Assembly (NCBI GenBank): GCA_030390025.1
Contig: CM059430.1
Coordinates: 12,524,001-12,588,000, forward strand
Source of the DNA: Squalus acanthias
Lineage: Eukaryota
DNA length: 64,000 nucleotides
Reading direction: 5' to 3'
Made by a program: the position numbers and the translations under genes. This document shows, in pieces, positions 12,369 through 24,857 of this stretch (its first letter is position 1; each line of letters begins with the position of its first letter). The notes under the pieces were generated by a model. It had not been told where the DNA came from and made no database searches. It was given only the letters and a program-made list of their open reading frames with translations.

Positions 12369-13951
12369 GGGAGAAAAGTGTGCGCAAAAACAAAATGAGC
12401 GCAAGAAACCCATTTAATGAGGCAGCTGAAATCTACCTCCCTTTTAGCTGATTAGCCGCTGCGTATATCCTCAATAAAAGCAACCCTTTAATAACACTCC
12501 AACTTCATCGCATCGCTCCTTCCAAAGAAATTATAGCACCGACTTGCATAAATGTCTGCCTGCTCAAGAATCCATGTTAGGCTTATCCGTGTAAAAGAAT
12601 GATTTATCCCAGCTTTTCGAGAAAGAGCAATGCACTGAAGTAACGGGTAAGTTGAAATAAATCAATTAGGGACAGGATTTAGAGGTGAGGCTGCACATTG
12701 ATTATTTGGACGCCTCGCACAGAATGACAATGAACACCCTCCGAACACTTGCACAATCCATCTGACTTCATTGCTGCACTTTGCTACTTAACCCAAACTG
12801 CCCCACATTCCCTGCCAAGTAAGAGCCCTTGTGTTACACTCCCCAGTTAATGGGCAGCTGCACTCCTTGACAACCATTTAACTGCTGTTTTGCATCTATT
12901 TCGAATTCTAATTGCTCTGCGTGGTATGCCTGAGTAGGATGAATGAAAGGATGAGGCACAGTAAAAACATTTGCGCTTTACTGCTTTTCATAAGACGACG
13001 CTTTCACCTATAAGGGGGAGGGGGGGGGGAAATCGCTCCGGGGGAAGAACCTTTCCCTTCCAAACAATCTACTTTTCATCATTATTTCCCACCTCCCCCA
13101 CCCTTCAGTTATCTCTTGTGCTTGGAGAATGGTTCCACAGGCTCATTACCTCACCCAAAGTGATTGCTCTCCGCGCGTTAAGCCCAGGCAGACAGTGCGG
13201 GCCGGTAGGCTATTTGAACATGGGAGGCATCACAGTCCGTCCTTGGCCAGAAATCCACACATGCAGACTTTGCGATAGGGGTTACTCCACGATGGTTGGA
13301 GCCTTGCTGATTGTCCGCTTCCCACGGCCAGGACCACTGAGCCATCGGAAGCACCCTTCGCCACCCACCTCCCCATCACCTCCCTTTCACCGTCCCAACA
13401 CTGAACCTGTAACTATAAGACTGCGTTCCAATCCAGGCAGTGAATTTTGACTAATGAGACGCGAGGGAGCTAAACCCCGCTTTTTAGGCAAGATCGACAG
13501 CATAGAACACCTGTCGTTGCCACTGCGTTTAAAAAAGCTGGAGCTTTTATGGCCAGTCACTGGATTATACCTTCAAGAAGCATTACTGGCCATCGGTTCA
13601 ACAGCACAAAGCACCTTGCAAGATGGGCTGCGCTGCCAGGGGCAGGAACAGAAACAGTAAATGGAAGACACAGTGAGTGGGGTAACTCAAACTGATCCAC
13701 ATTCCCCTCGCTCCCTCCCTCCCTCCGGGCCGAAACTCCAATTAACACTGCACCCAACGTAGATGGCATGACTAAGATTTAGTGCTGCTATCTAACCACA
13801 TTAGGCTACAGGGAGAATCAATGCTATCAATGCTACCCAACTGATCCCCGTTACATACACAGAAAGCCCAGTGATCTTTCTCATATACAAGATACACATT
13901 TAGATTCAAGAGATTGCAGACAGCGTTCTACTGGTGCTAGAATGCCCTCTG

Positions 13952-14066
13952 CTGGGTACAGAACGCCCTCGGGCCCTGGGTACAGAACGCCCTCGGGCCC
14001 TGGATACAGAACGCCCTCGGGCCCTGGGTACAGAACGCCCTCGGCCCTGGGTACAGAACGCCCTCG
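13952..14066. repeat. 24-bp minisatellite, about 5 copies
   Basis: Unit CTGGGTACAGAACGCCCTCGGGCC. Confidence 0.95.
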
Positions 14067-14724
14067 GCGCTGCGAGCACCATTCGCCTGCTATGATGGCA
14101 CACTATCACTGTAAAAGCACATTACATCAACTAAATGGAAGCCCCATTTCCAGAGATAGGTCATATTGCTCAATGCTTTCTTCTGCAGGACAACACAAAG
14201 CCAATATAATGGGCCCTGCTGGAACACCATGCGGGAGCTGCATAATGTACGGTGCTTTGTAAACACACGAGGCATTGCCTGGTGCAGTCCATGCAGGGCC
14301 CACCTCCTGGTACTTGAAGCTCTCAGTTATCCAATTAACACTAGGTCCTAAGAGCCTCAGATAATCGGAAGTCTATTGTAATTAAACAGGATTACATCGA
14401 GGAATATTAGAAGTGCCAACATTAGTTAACTCTAGAATATACATTAAACATTCATTGCCACCACTGTTTGTCCAAACACTCTAAACGCTTCAGATGCAGC
14501 CTATTACCGAGACAGGCCATAAACAGAGGATCAAGTACAATTACTGAGTAAGAAAGGCATTGCTAGGGCCTCGACTGGCCAATAATCCTCCTGTTATTTG
14601 CTCATCATGAATATTATTTCTCAATACAGTAATTGTCACAGTAGGCAGGTAGCAGTGGGAAGCTTCCTTTTGTCAAAGTTTATATGCTTTATTGGTTCAT
14701 AGTATTACGGGTACATATACGGAA

Positions 14725-15168
14725 GGCTGTGGCTCAGTGGTAGTACTCTCTCCTCGGAGTCAGAAGGTTGTGGGTTCAGGTCCCACTCCAGAGACTGGAG
14801 CACAAAAATCTAGGCTGACACTCCAGTGCAGTGCTGAGGGAGTGCTGCACCATCGGAGGTGCCGTCTTTCGGATGAGATGTTAAATCGAGGCCCCGTCTG
14901 CTCTCTCAGGCAGACGTAAAAGATCCCATGGCACTCTTTTGGAGCATGGGAGTTCTCCCTGGTGTCCTGGCCAATACTTATCCCTCAGTCAACATGTGAA
15001 ACAGATAATCTGGTCATTATCACATTGCTGTTTGTGGGACCTTGCTGTGCATAAATTGGCTGCCACGTTTCCCACATTACAACAGTGACTACACTTCACT
15101 GTAGAGCACTTTGGGACGTCCGGTGGTTGTGAAAGGTGCTATAGAAATGCAAGTCTTTCTTTTTTTTA
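14725..15168 (+). mobile_element. Deu-domain tRNA-SINE
   Basis: Head TGGCTCAGTGG/GGTTCAGGTCC, Deu core, and tail AAATGCAAGTCTTTC. Confidence 0.85.
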
Positions 15169-15312
15169 CACCTGGGTTGCGCTCTGCATTGACAGGAGGC
15201 TCAGAGTGGGCAGGGAAGGTAGATGGATTTGGCTACTTGTCAAGCTGGATGTTGCCAAGGTGCTTCAGCTGGACATGGGCAGCTGGGGGCCTCCTGCACT
15301 CATGAACTGTCG

Positions 15313-15736
15313 CTGAGTGAGTGGGGAGGCTGCAGGAAGTGTGCTGGAGTATCTGAGTGAGTGGGGAGGCTGCAGGAAGTGTGCTGGAGTATCGCTGAGT
15401 GAGTGGGGAGGCTGCAGGAAGTGTGCTGGAGTATCTGAGTGAGTGGGGAGGCTGCAGGAAGTGTGCTGGAGTATCTGAGTGAGTGGGGAGGCTGCAGGAA
15501 GTGTGCTGGAGTATCTGAGTGAGTGGGGAGGCTGCAGGAAGTGTGCTGGAGTATCTGAGTGAGTGGGGAGGCTGCAGGAAGTGTGCTGGAGTATCTGAGT
15601 GAGTGGGGAGGCTGCAGGAAGTGTGCTGGAGTATCTGAGTGAGTGGGGAGGCTGCAGGAAGTGTGCTGGAGTATCTGAGTGAGTGGGGAGGCTGCAGGAA
15701 GTGTGCTGGAGTATCTGAGTGAGTAGGGAGGCTGCA
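15313..15736. repeat. 40-bp minisatellite, about 10.5 nearly identical copies
   Basis: Unit CTGAGTGAGTGGGGAGGCTGCAGGAAGTGTGCTGGAGTAT. Confidence 0.97.
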
Positions 15737-16335
15737 TGTGCGACCGCCTCACTTTGTTGTGTTCCTGATGTCAGCCACGTTGCCATGGGAACGAGCCAGC
15801 ACGAATTGGGGAAGTGGACAAGCTCTGGGGTGATTCTCTGATCTTTTTTCTCCATCCAGCACAATTAGTCGTAACACCATCTTTAACTTTACTCCGCAAC
15901 AGACGTTTTTGTGCAGTAGCCAATTTTAACAATTCACACTGGATAAAACGTCTGAAGAAAAACTGCGGGGAGAGCAAGGGCCCGGTGGTCTGATTTGACA
16001 CCAACTATTCCCGGCTGCAGCTAAAATAATAAGCCTTGGCGTGCAAAATTTTGTTGCGATCTGTGACGTTTCGCAGAGATGACGCCAAACAGGATAAGGG
16101 AGCTGTTTTTGAAACCGGGCGGTTGCTGAACTCGAAGTAACAGCTGGTGACTCCACGGCAAGCAGTTAACGGCCGATTAGAAAGCACACTGCGAGCATCG
16201 ATTCCATTCAGCCCAAGCATACTGGAGGCCAGAGCAAACTTCATTCTCCCCCTTTGGTGCTTAGAGGGCAGTAAATGCAAAATGTCGGACGGTAGTTGCA
16301 AACGAAACAGAATTAAACATCCACAGAACACTTGA

Positions 16336-16580
16336 CGAAGAAGAGCGGAGGAGTCCTGGCCAATATTTATCCCTCAATCACGATCACTAAGCAAACAGAT
16401 AATCTGGCGCATTATCACGGTGCTGTTTGTGGGAGCTTGCTGTGCGCAAATTGGCAAAGAGGTTTACGGAAGGAATTCCAGCACTTAGGGCCGAGGCAGC
16501 TGAAAGCACGGCCACCAATGGTGGAGCGATGAAAACTGGGGATACGCAAGAGACCAGAATTAGAGGAGCGCAGAGATCTC
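16336..16580. mobile_element. Deu-SINE internal fragment (+) joined to an L2 fragment (-)
   Basis: GAAGAAGAGC..GTCCTGGCCAATATTTATCCC..CAAATTGGC, followed by L2-like AGGAATTCCAG..GGCAGCTGAA.GCACGGCCACCAATGGTGGAG. Confidence 0.65.
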
Positions 16581-16916
16581 TAACATTACAGTAAACTTCA
16601 AATCACATCTTTTAAGATCCATTTACATGTCCTCTGAACAAATGAAAGTGAGTTATCCAACAGTGTGACTATTGTCCTTGTGACCTAGTGTCCAAATCTG
16701 ACTGAGCCATTAAAACATCAGTCATTATTTATCCAAATGTACTTCACATTGATTAGAAGTTATGCAAAATCAATTCAATAGACAGCATCCAGTGATAACA
16801 TTAAGTTTAGTCAGTATACCAGCAGCTCTCCCATGGCACTGCTCATAGTAAGTCAGAGTACACGCTATTTTAACAGGACAGAGGCATTATACTATGTAAT
16901 GCACGTAACACTATCG

Positions 16917-17350
16917 AGCTCAGCTGTAGCACAATCGCCTGAGCCAGAAGGTTGTGGGTTCAAGCCCCACTTTAGAGACTTGAGCGCATAATCTAGACAC
17001 TCCCAGTGCGGTAATGAGGCACATTTCGGATGAGACGTTAAACCGAGGCACCGTCTGCTCTCTCAGCAGGACGTAAAAGATCCTACGGCACTATTTCGAA
17101 GAAGAGCAGGGGAGTTGTCCTTGGGTGTCCTGGCCAATATTTATCATGAACTAACATCACTGAAAAACAGATTATCTGGTCATCCATCACAATGCTGTTT
17201 GTGGGAGCTTGCTGTGCGCAAATTGGCCACAGCGTTTCCTGCATTACAACAGTGACTGCACTTCAAAAGTACTTCATTGGTTGTACAGTGCTCTGCGACG
17301 TCCTGGGGGTCGTTTAAGGTGCTACATAAATGCAAGCCTTTTCCTTTCTG
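16917..17350 (+). mobile_element. Deu-domain tRNA-SINE (degenerate)
   Basis: B-box GGTTCAAGCCC, Deu core and tail present, with internal deletions. Confidence 0.8.
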
Positions 17351-20300
17351 TTAATGCACAGGGCATTACTCTGTGGGGGCCTGTATTACCTTGCGTGTCC
17401 CTTTATATTAGATATAGTTATGTACAGATTGACTGGTACCAGGACATAATAGGAAAAGTCCCATTTGAAGCAATATGCGTTGGGGTCGTGTGATCCACTA
17501 CTGTCAGACTCTTAATTCATCACTTCAAATTGCTCCCACCAGCAATGACCCATAACCACCAGTACTTCACCCTAGCTGTATATAGAGCTGTAATTTCTCT
17601 CCAGGCACAACCCAGGTCTAGAAGGTTAACATTGATAATTGCACCGTTGAACGTTTTTTTTTCCACAGCTCAAGTGGACATCGTATGAACATTTCACATG
17701 CTCGCCACTGCATGATCCAGATAATTCTGGTGAACAAAACCGGTACTGTGTGGTCATGTGAGAAACATTTCAGAAGCCCATTATTACACTTCGCTGTGAT
17801 CCAAGGCACAAGGAAGCAATCTTCTTTATTATTTTACTACTTCCTCCTCACCATCAGAGCTCACGCTTCCACCCTCCGCTACGCCCCCCCCACCCCCAAC
17901 TCCAGTGCCACCCTCTAATCCAAGCTCCTCAGCTGTGGTCGGCATGCGTGACCTCACTGCGTGCCGGCGCCTATTGTACAGGGAGCAGACTCACAAAGAT
18001 AAGCACACAAGACGTGCAGGAGACTGGAGTGGAACCGTTAACGTGCACCCACCCTGTGCTGTAAACTTAACTTATTTGATTTTTAAAAGTCTGGATCCGG
18101 AGGAAAGAGAAAACAAAAATAAATATTCAGGCTAAGATGCGGCATCGATTCTTGGAGGGTGGTGGGGGGGGCGCGGGTGGAGGGATGAGAATCCAGTGGT
18201 TTTTGTAGCAAAATAATTTCAGTATTTGGTAGAATGAATTCCTTCAGCCATGAGCGAAGAGGTCACTAAAGGTTAATAGAAGAAGTTATTAACTAGAAGG
18301 AGCTTAACATCTGGCGTGTGGCAAATCGAAGAAAACGGTCGACATATGTAGTGCACACAGCAGCCTTCGGAGCAGGAACAGACCTGAGCTGCTTAGCATT
18401 AACAATGCAGGAAGATCGCACCATTAGCTTGGTCACATTTCATAGGCCCTTTTCATAGATCAGCTGGATACAGATCATCGATTAGGCAAATGGCTGCCTG
18501 TGACACAATGGCTTGTTTCAGCTTGAGTTTCAGGAAAAATGAACTGGGAAATTGTTTGGGGGGTGGGGGGCAAGTTTTCCTGATTATCCTGTTGGCTGGG
18601 GCTCCGTTGGTGGTGGGTGGGGAGATGCGGGGCGGTGGGGGGGGGGGGGGCGGGAGGCGGGCGGTAGGGAGGAAGCTCAGGGCTACCATGTCCTCTTACA
18701 GGAGTCATGGTACTGCAATGGCTGAGTGATGGCACTGGCCACTTACTTCACGCTTTTGAAACAAAACCCTGCACCTTCTAGGAATAAAGAAAAAAAAAAA
18801 TCTTAATACCCAGAAATGCAGAACCTGCGATCAAAAAAAAAACCACTGCACGCCTCCCCTCAAAATACAATTTTATAATCATGAGCGAGCAGACTGTAAA
18901 TCTTCCATCACTTTTATTGCACACTAGTTTTCCAGTCAGCCCTGCTCTTGAAAATAAAAATCATTTCACGGGAACGGGTTGCTAAGTGGCCTTTACTTCT
19001 AACGCAGATTGCCATTTACCGCAGTGGTTTACATATCCCGCATACCACCGGCAGGGCCACTTTGCGATGAAGCCTCGCATTCTCCCAAACTCTGGAGTCC
19101 CATGGAGTCCTCTCGCCTCCCAAGGTTTATTTTCCACAGCTTATGGCTTCCTGATACTCCTAGGCAGCTTTACCAACCAGAATAAGCCGCCTTTTGTCTC
19201 CCCGCATCTCTCTCTCTCTCTCTCTCCTCTACACTCCGGGACAGACGGGGCCAATTCTCCACATTCCTGTCGCTGGACACGCGCTTCGTCTTGCGTGCGT
19301 GCAAGCACCACTCCCGAGTAGTGGCGGGGTTTGTTTTTTGCAGACGCGTCACAGGGCATTTTTTTTTGAAGAACACAGCTCCCATTGTTCAGTCAGCTGC
19401 TCTCTCAGTGCACACAATTTGTTGTTAATAAATTACCGCCATTGTTTTTTTTTAAAACAAAGTTAGATTTATTTTCTCTTTTTTTCCCCCCACTCTCCAC
19501 ATTTTTCACTTACTTGTTGGCCACATCTCAGAAACCACTGGCAGTCAAAGAGCTAAACTATGAAGACTTACATCTTCCAGAGAGGCTTCTTCTCTAAGTG
19601 AACAGCAATCGAACCGTCTCCAAAATAAAAAAACTTGAGAAGGAGCGAGGAAGAGAAAGGCAACCTCTGAAACTAGGCCCCAATTAGACCAGCGCTGGCT
19701 CCTGAGGTGTACATAGGAATTATCACAGGAATTCAGCAACAAAGGGACACGATTTCTCCTCAGGCTTGTGTAACCTGAAAGGGGGGTGGGAGGGGACAGA
19801 CTGAGGTAAATACCCTAATTATTTTGGGCTGTCTTCCTTTTGGAGGAAGGCAGATAAAAGCCAGTGTTTGCTGTCAAATCTTAAAAAGCCATTTGAATTG
19901 TGAAGTGTTTCACTTTTGTTGTTGTGTTTTGATACTAAACAAAGCTACTAGCTGGGCCATCTGGGCCAAAACACCCAAATCATTTGGGTAACCCAACAGA
20001 GGAGATAAATATGCTCACACTGCTCAGTATAAACTGCCAGTCCGGTTATTAGAGGCTGGTGTGCAAATTCCCACTTAGAAGCTGTTGGCTTTCACAATTT
20101 TCTCCACCATGAGATCTGTTTGGCGAAGAGCATTTTTCATTCTTCCAAATGCACCAAATGGATGCATGAGGAAAAAACAATGTCCCCTCAACAGGACAGA
20201 AGTAATTTGTAAGGCCTTCGTCATTCAAACGTAAGCACCGTCGAATGATAAAGAACGCAAGCTGCCTGGTTACTATATGGGATGCCTGTGTGAAGTACAT

Positions 20301-21322
20301 AAAACATATCACGTTCAAATGCAATCCACAAGGTCGTAGGTCAGCACATGGGAGCAGGAACTATTAGTGTAACATCTTAACTGTGTTGCCTTAGATGTGT
20401 GGAGGGGAGAGGCAGAGAACAATAAGAGTCGCACTGGTAAAATCGAAGGTGTTGGAAGAAGTGCAGGCCGCCCCCACCCCCCCGCCCCCCCATTTATCCA
20501 CCAATAGTTCTCGTCAACTGTCTCCTCTCCTCCTGAAAGTGTGAACTCCTCGCCATTTGAACGGGGGGGTGGGGGGAGAGGAGATGAGTAGAAAGCAGTG
20601 CAGGCTTTTGCGGTGCAAAGTTCACTGCTTCACTTTACAATTACACAACGGGAGAGTTAAGGTGCTGAGTTGGCGTGTCTCAGATGGGCTGGTGATTGTA
20701 CTGCCAATGGCTGCAGTGACCCTGAGCTATGGGGCAAGGGGGTAGAAAATCAACAAGGTCTCTCTCCCACCCCTGATCATTATCCAGTGACTCCTGCTGA
20801 AAGTATGTGGAAAGGATTGAACTCGGACACTTGCCGCCTATACTAGCCATTTGCATGATGCACCATAGGGCAACCAGCATCCATGGGACCGTGCCCCAGC
20901 GTGAATCAACACCCTTGCGAGGAGGGAAGTAAAATGGTGAAGGAAATTATAAGTTTTAATCTCTGGACAACCTGGCATCACCGCACACTCTACTGTGGCA
21001 ACACCTCCTTAGCCTGTTTTGTCTGGCTATTACCTGCTGTCGATGCTTACACAGTCATTTTCAAAGTACCTTTCATCATCCAAGCAATGCACACACCCAC
21101 ACTTGGCACAGTTGCAACAGACACCACCTGACTCGTGCCCACGTGATACCACAGCAATCAACTCAGATTGAGTTAGTCTCCATTCATCTACTGCACCAGC
21201 AGCCTGGGTGTCTGACAAGCATGCATCAAACACTTGCCAGATGGTTAAGAGACAGACACAAAAGAGCGATCTACATAGTCCGAATTCAATATTTTTGCTG
21301 GGTTATGGAACCAAGGCAGGGT

Positions 21323-21406
21323 TGAGGTACAGATCAGCCATGATCTAACTGAATGGCAGAACAGTCTCGAGGGGCTGAATGGCCTACTCCTGTTCCTATG
21401 TTCCTT
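21323..21406 (+). mobile_element. CR1 3' UTR remnant
   Basis: GATCAGCCATGATCT..TGAATGGC..GGGGCTGAATGGCCTACTCCTGTTCCTATGTTC. Confidence 0.75.
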
Positions 21407-24397
21407 ATACTGTGGCCGTTATTGAGTGACTTGCAGCATTGCTTTATGTTCTATGACTGCTGTATTATGCTGCCCTTCTCTCTTCCCTCCAGGAACCCAA
21501 CCAGAAATGTCTCTCTATGGATGACTTATTTCAAACTGGTAGTAATGGGAGAACCTCACACACATTTTAGGTAGCAGCATTAAATTGATTCATTTCCATC
21601 AGTTTACAAAAGGTATAATCATTTCCCAGTTACCCGGACCTTACTGCACTCATAGTGGTACTATGTGAGGTTTGGCTTGAAATATTCTTCCCAGCAAAGA
21701 AGCGCTGAGGCCAATTCTAGCACCCCAACTAAGATCAGTTAAGGCAGCATAGACTAGGGTGGAATCTGGGAGCTTCCATGTCTCCACCACTCCGCCACAC
21801 ACTGTAGAGCGGTACAGAAACGTGCTTGCCATGAACCAATCAGTACTCGCACCCAACAGGGGGGCGAAAATAAAAGGGTGACTGAAGTTGATGCCAGAAG
21901 GGGCAAGTCATTTAATTACCCTCTCGGTGAGGTGACAGTTCACATGCAAAGAGATCTGAAGGGGGAAAACAAAACTAAAACAAAGGCCAAAGCTGAGGGG
22001 GGGGAACTTTGAATACATTACAACACAACAGACCAGGGATCGTTCGAAAGGAATTATCATACTGACCTCAGAATGAGAAGAGGCAAAAAAAAAAGACTGC
22101 ATGCTTAATCATCCTGAATTCCCAAAGTACCAAAAGCCCATTTAGGGCATTGTAGGACAGCCTTTAATCTCCATACATGAACAGGGATGCAAAGCCAATG
22201 GAGCTCTTGATGTAGTCCGAGTAATTAAGTCTATCCCAAGAGCAGATGTTGCGAGCAGTTCTGTTTGCTTTGATATCCCTCACTTGTGGGATGAACTGAT
22301 ATTCAATTCCAGAAAAGCAGTCAGACATTCCTTTTTATTGTGATCACAGAGTAACTTAAACCCCTTCCCAGCACCCAGAGTTTGTAACCTAGTGGCACTA
22401 TTGCAGGTGCTTTGGGTTCAGAAAGTAGCTTTCTTCATCCAGTGGAGAGAGAGTGAGAAAAGGAGAGAGAGAGAGAGAGAAAAGGGAGAAATAATGGAAG
22501 ATAGAAAGGAGGAGAGAGGGGGAGAAAGAGAAAGGAGGGTTAGAGAGAATACAAAGGGAGAAAGACAGAAAGAGGAGATCAGAAGACAGACAAGGGAAAA
22601 AGAGGGGAGAGAAATAAAGAAGAGAATTGAGGAGAAAGGGAGCAGACCGAGCCTGGGTGACCTATTTGACTGCAGCAGTGCTTGAGCTAAGACTATAAGA
22701 CCAACACATTTCCAAAATTCAGGACGTGGGTTGCACAAGCAGACACGTATTGTCAGTTTTAGTACCAGGGTTCCAGCCATTCATGCAGCTCAAGAGGTGA
22801 CTTTCTGTATTCAAAATTTATCAGCTAAATGGAGTTAAATAAAACCACAATGACAGCCTGATAAATATATCGAATGTTCAAATAGTTACAAGAAACAGCT
22901 CCATTGAACAAGGAAGGAGTTCAAACCCAAATTCAATCGCTGGGTCACATAAATCAGAGTGTACTGTATTAGTCACTAACCACAGGACGAGGCACTGCCC
23001 TCCACACTACCACATCCTGTAGGTGGTCGGTGCTGGAGCATCTTGGCAGAGTCCTCCTCCCGTCCCTTGGCCCACCAACTTGGCCCGCACTGGTACAGCT
23101 GGGGAACTAGTGGGGGGGCAGATAGCAGCCTTGGTGCAGGAAAGCCAGGCCCAGCTGGGCTTTTGTTGAGCATGTTTTTCCCCCCAACAGTAAAAATTAC
23201 TTAAGACACAGACGAGAGATATAATTTTTTAACATTTGTAGTCTGGCATGACTTATTTGTAGTTTTGAAATCCAAGTGGAGGCTCTCGAATGTTTTGGTT
23301 CAAATTAAAACTGGTTGGACTCCCTCTATGTATGCTTCAAAGAATAAGATGAGAAAAAAAAAACACAGCCATGAATCCATCGAGAAAATTCTATCCTTTA
23401 ACAACTTCACCAGGTTTGAGATAATCTTCTACCTCGACTGAGTATTCAAATTTGAACCACCCAATCAAATGAGCAGAATCAAAAATCCTGCCATCAGATT
23501 GGATCTTTTGAATCTAAGAAGGTGGCTTCCTCCTGTCAGCTTACAGGGTGGAAGTTCACTCCTGATCTGGTAGTAAATATAAGACTTCAACTTTTTCAAC
23601 ACTCACATCCTGCAGGTTAAAGTGATCTTGGCCAACAAAGGAAGTTCCCCCAATTTTCTCCCCATCTCCCATGAAGATACTGGGCCACAGTTCTACAGCA
23701 CTGGTGGTTCTGCAGTGCCTTGTCCAAGTGTCCATTCATCCATCATGAATGAGCTTTGATAAAGTGAATCTTAACAGGGGGTGGGGAGGAGGCTCAGTTG
23801 AGAGCAATCTGATGCTCTCCAAGGGCCCCCCTCACACACACACTTCCCTGTAGGTGGTCATTAGATAGTGATCAGGAGTAGTGGACAACCTGATCAACTT
23901 TCCCCTGTCCAACCCACCCAGGGAACTTCGACAAATGAGAGTGTCCCAAAGCCAGCTGAGATCAGGAAAATTAGCACAGGATAGTGATCTCTGGTCTGGT
24001 TGGCTCATTCCCACACTGGGCAATGCATTTAACAAGAGGGTCACCAGGAAAGCCCCCACCAATTATTTTTTTAAAAGAAAAAAAAAATGATGTTATGAAG
24101 GAGAAAAGGCATCATCACCATTTTGGGCAGCAATTTCTCCTTCAGTTTGAGCCACATACCACTCCCCAAACAAACAGGTCGCTATGTAGCCTGCTATTGG
24201 GTTGGTCAACTTGCACTCGCTATAGGGAAGGACTTCATCTCTGCTTGATGCGCTCCTCCTGGTCCTCCTCCAACTCCTCCTCCCTCAACTGACGCACTGT
24301 GGAGATCAGGACCTCACCATGTGGAGACCCACACCCTACCTGGTCATTAACCTCATTGCTGATTGCCGGGGGGGAGGGGGAGTTGATTTTTTTTAAA

Positions 24398-24857
24398 GTT
24401 ATTCATTCACGGGATGTGGGCGTCGCTGGCAAGGCCAATATTTATTGAGAAGGTGGTGGTGAGCTGCCTTCTTGAACCCGCTGCAGTCCGTGTGGTGAAG
24501 GTACTCCCACAGTGCTGACTTTGTCATAGCGGTTTTTGTACAACTGAGTGGCTTGCTCGGCCATTTCAGGGGGCAGTTAAGAGTCAACCACATTGCTGTG
24601 GGTCTGGAGTCACATATAGGCCAGACTGGGTAAAGATGGCAGGTTTCCTTCTGTAAAGTTGGAAAAACCCAACTGGTTCACTAACTTTCACGGTCACCAT
24701 TACTGATACTAGCTTTTTAATTCCAACTTTATTCAATTGACTGAATTTAAATTCCCCCTAGCTGCCGTGGTGGGATTTTGAACTCACGTCTCTGGATCAT
24801 TAGTCCAGGCCTCTGGATTACTAGTCCAGCAGCCTAACCACTATGCTACCGTACCCA
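24398..24857 (-). mobile_element. tRNA-headed SINE sharing its 3' tail with the second CR1-group LINE
   Basis: Minus-strand head GGGTACGGTAGCATAGTGGTT...GTGAGTTCAAAATCCC (A/B boxes). Its 3' end (24398-24514) matches the LINE 3' ends at 3614, 11843 and 27093. Confidence 0.7.

Noticed and set aside
13906-14262. ORFs with PSGPGYRT/RARGRSV repeats
   Set aside because: They are artefacts of the 24-bp minisatellite.
15265-15864. 199-aa and 150-aa minus-strand ORFs
   Set aside because: They are translations of the 40-bp minisatellite, with no start or splice context.
21064-21076. Minus-strand ATGAAAG|GTACTT resembling the 'MKG' first exon of another GSE1 isoform
   Set aside because: The donor is weak, there is no promoter-like context, and a 7-mer like this is expected by chance.
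22392-22685. E/R/K-rich ORF reminiscent of the GSE1 RE repeat
   Set aside because: It is on the wrong strand and arises from a purine-rich low-complexity tract.
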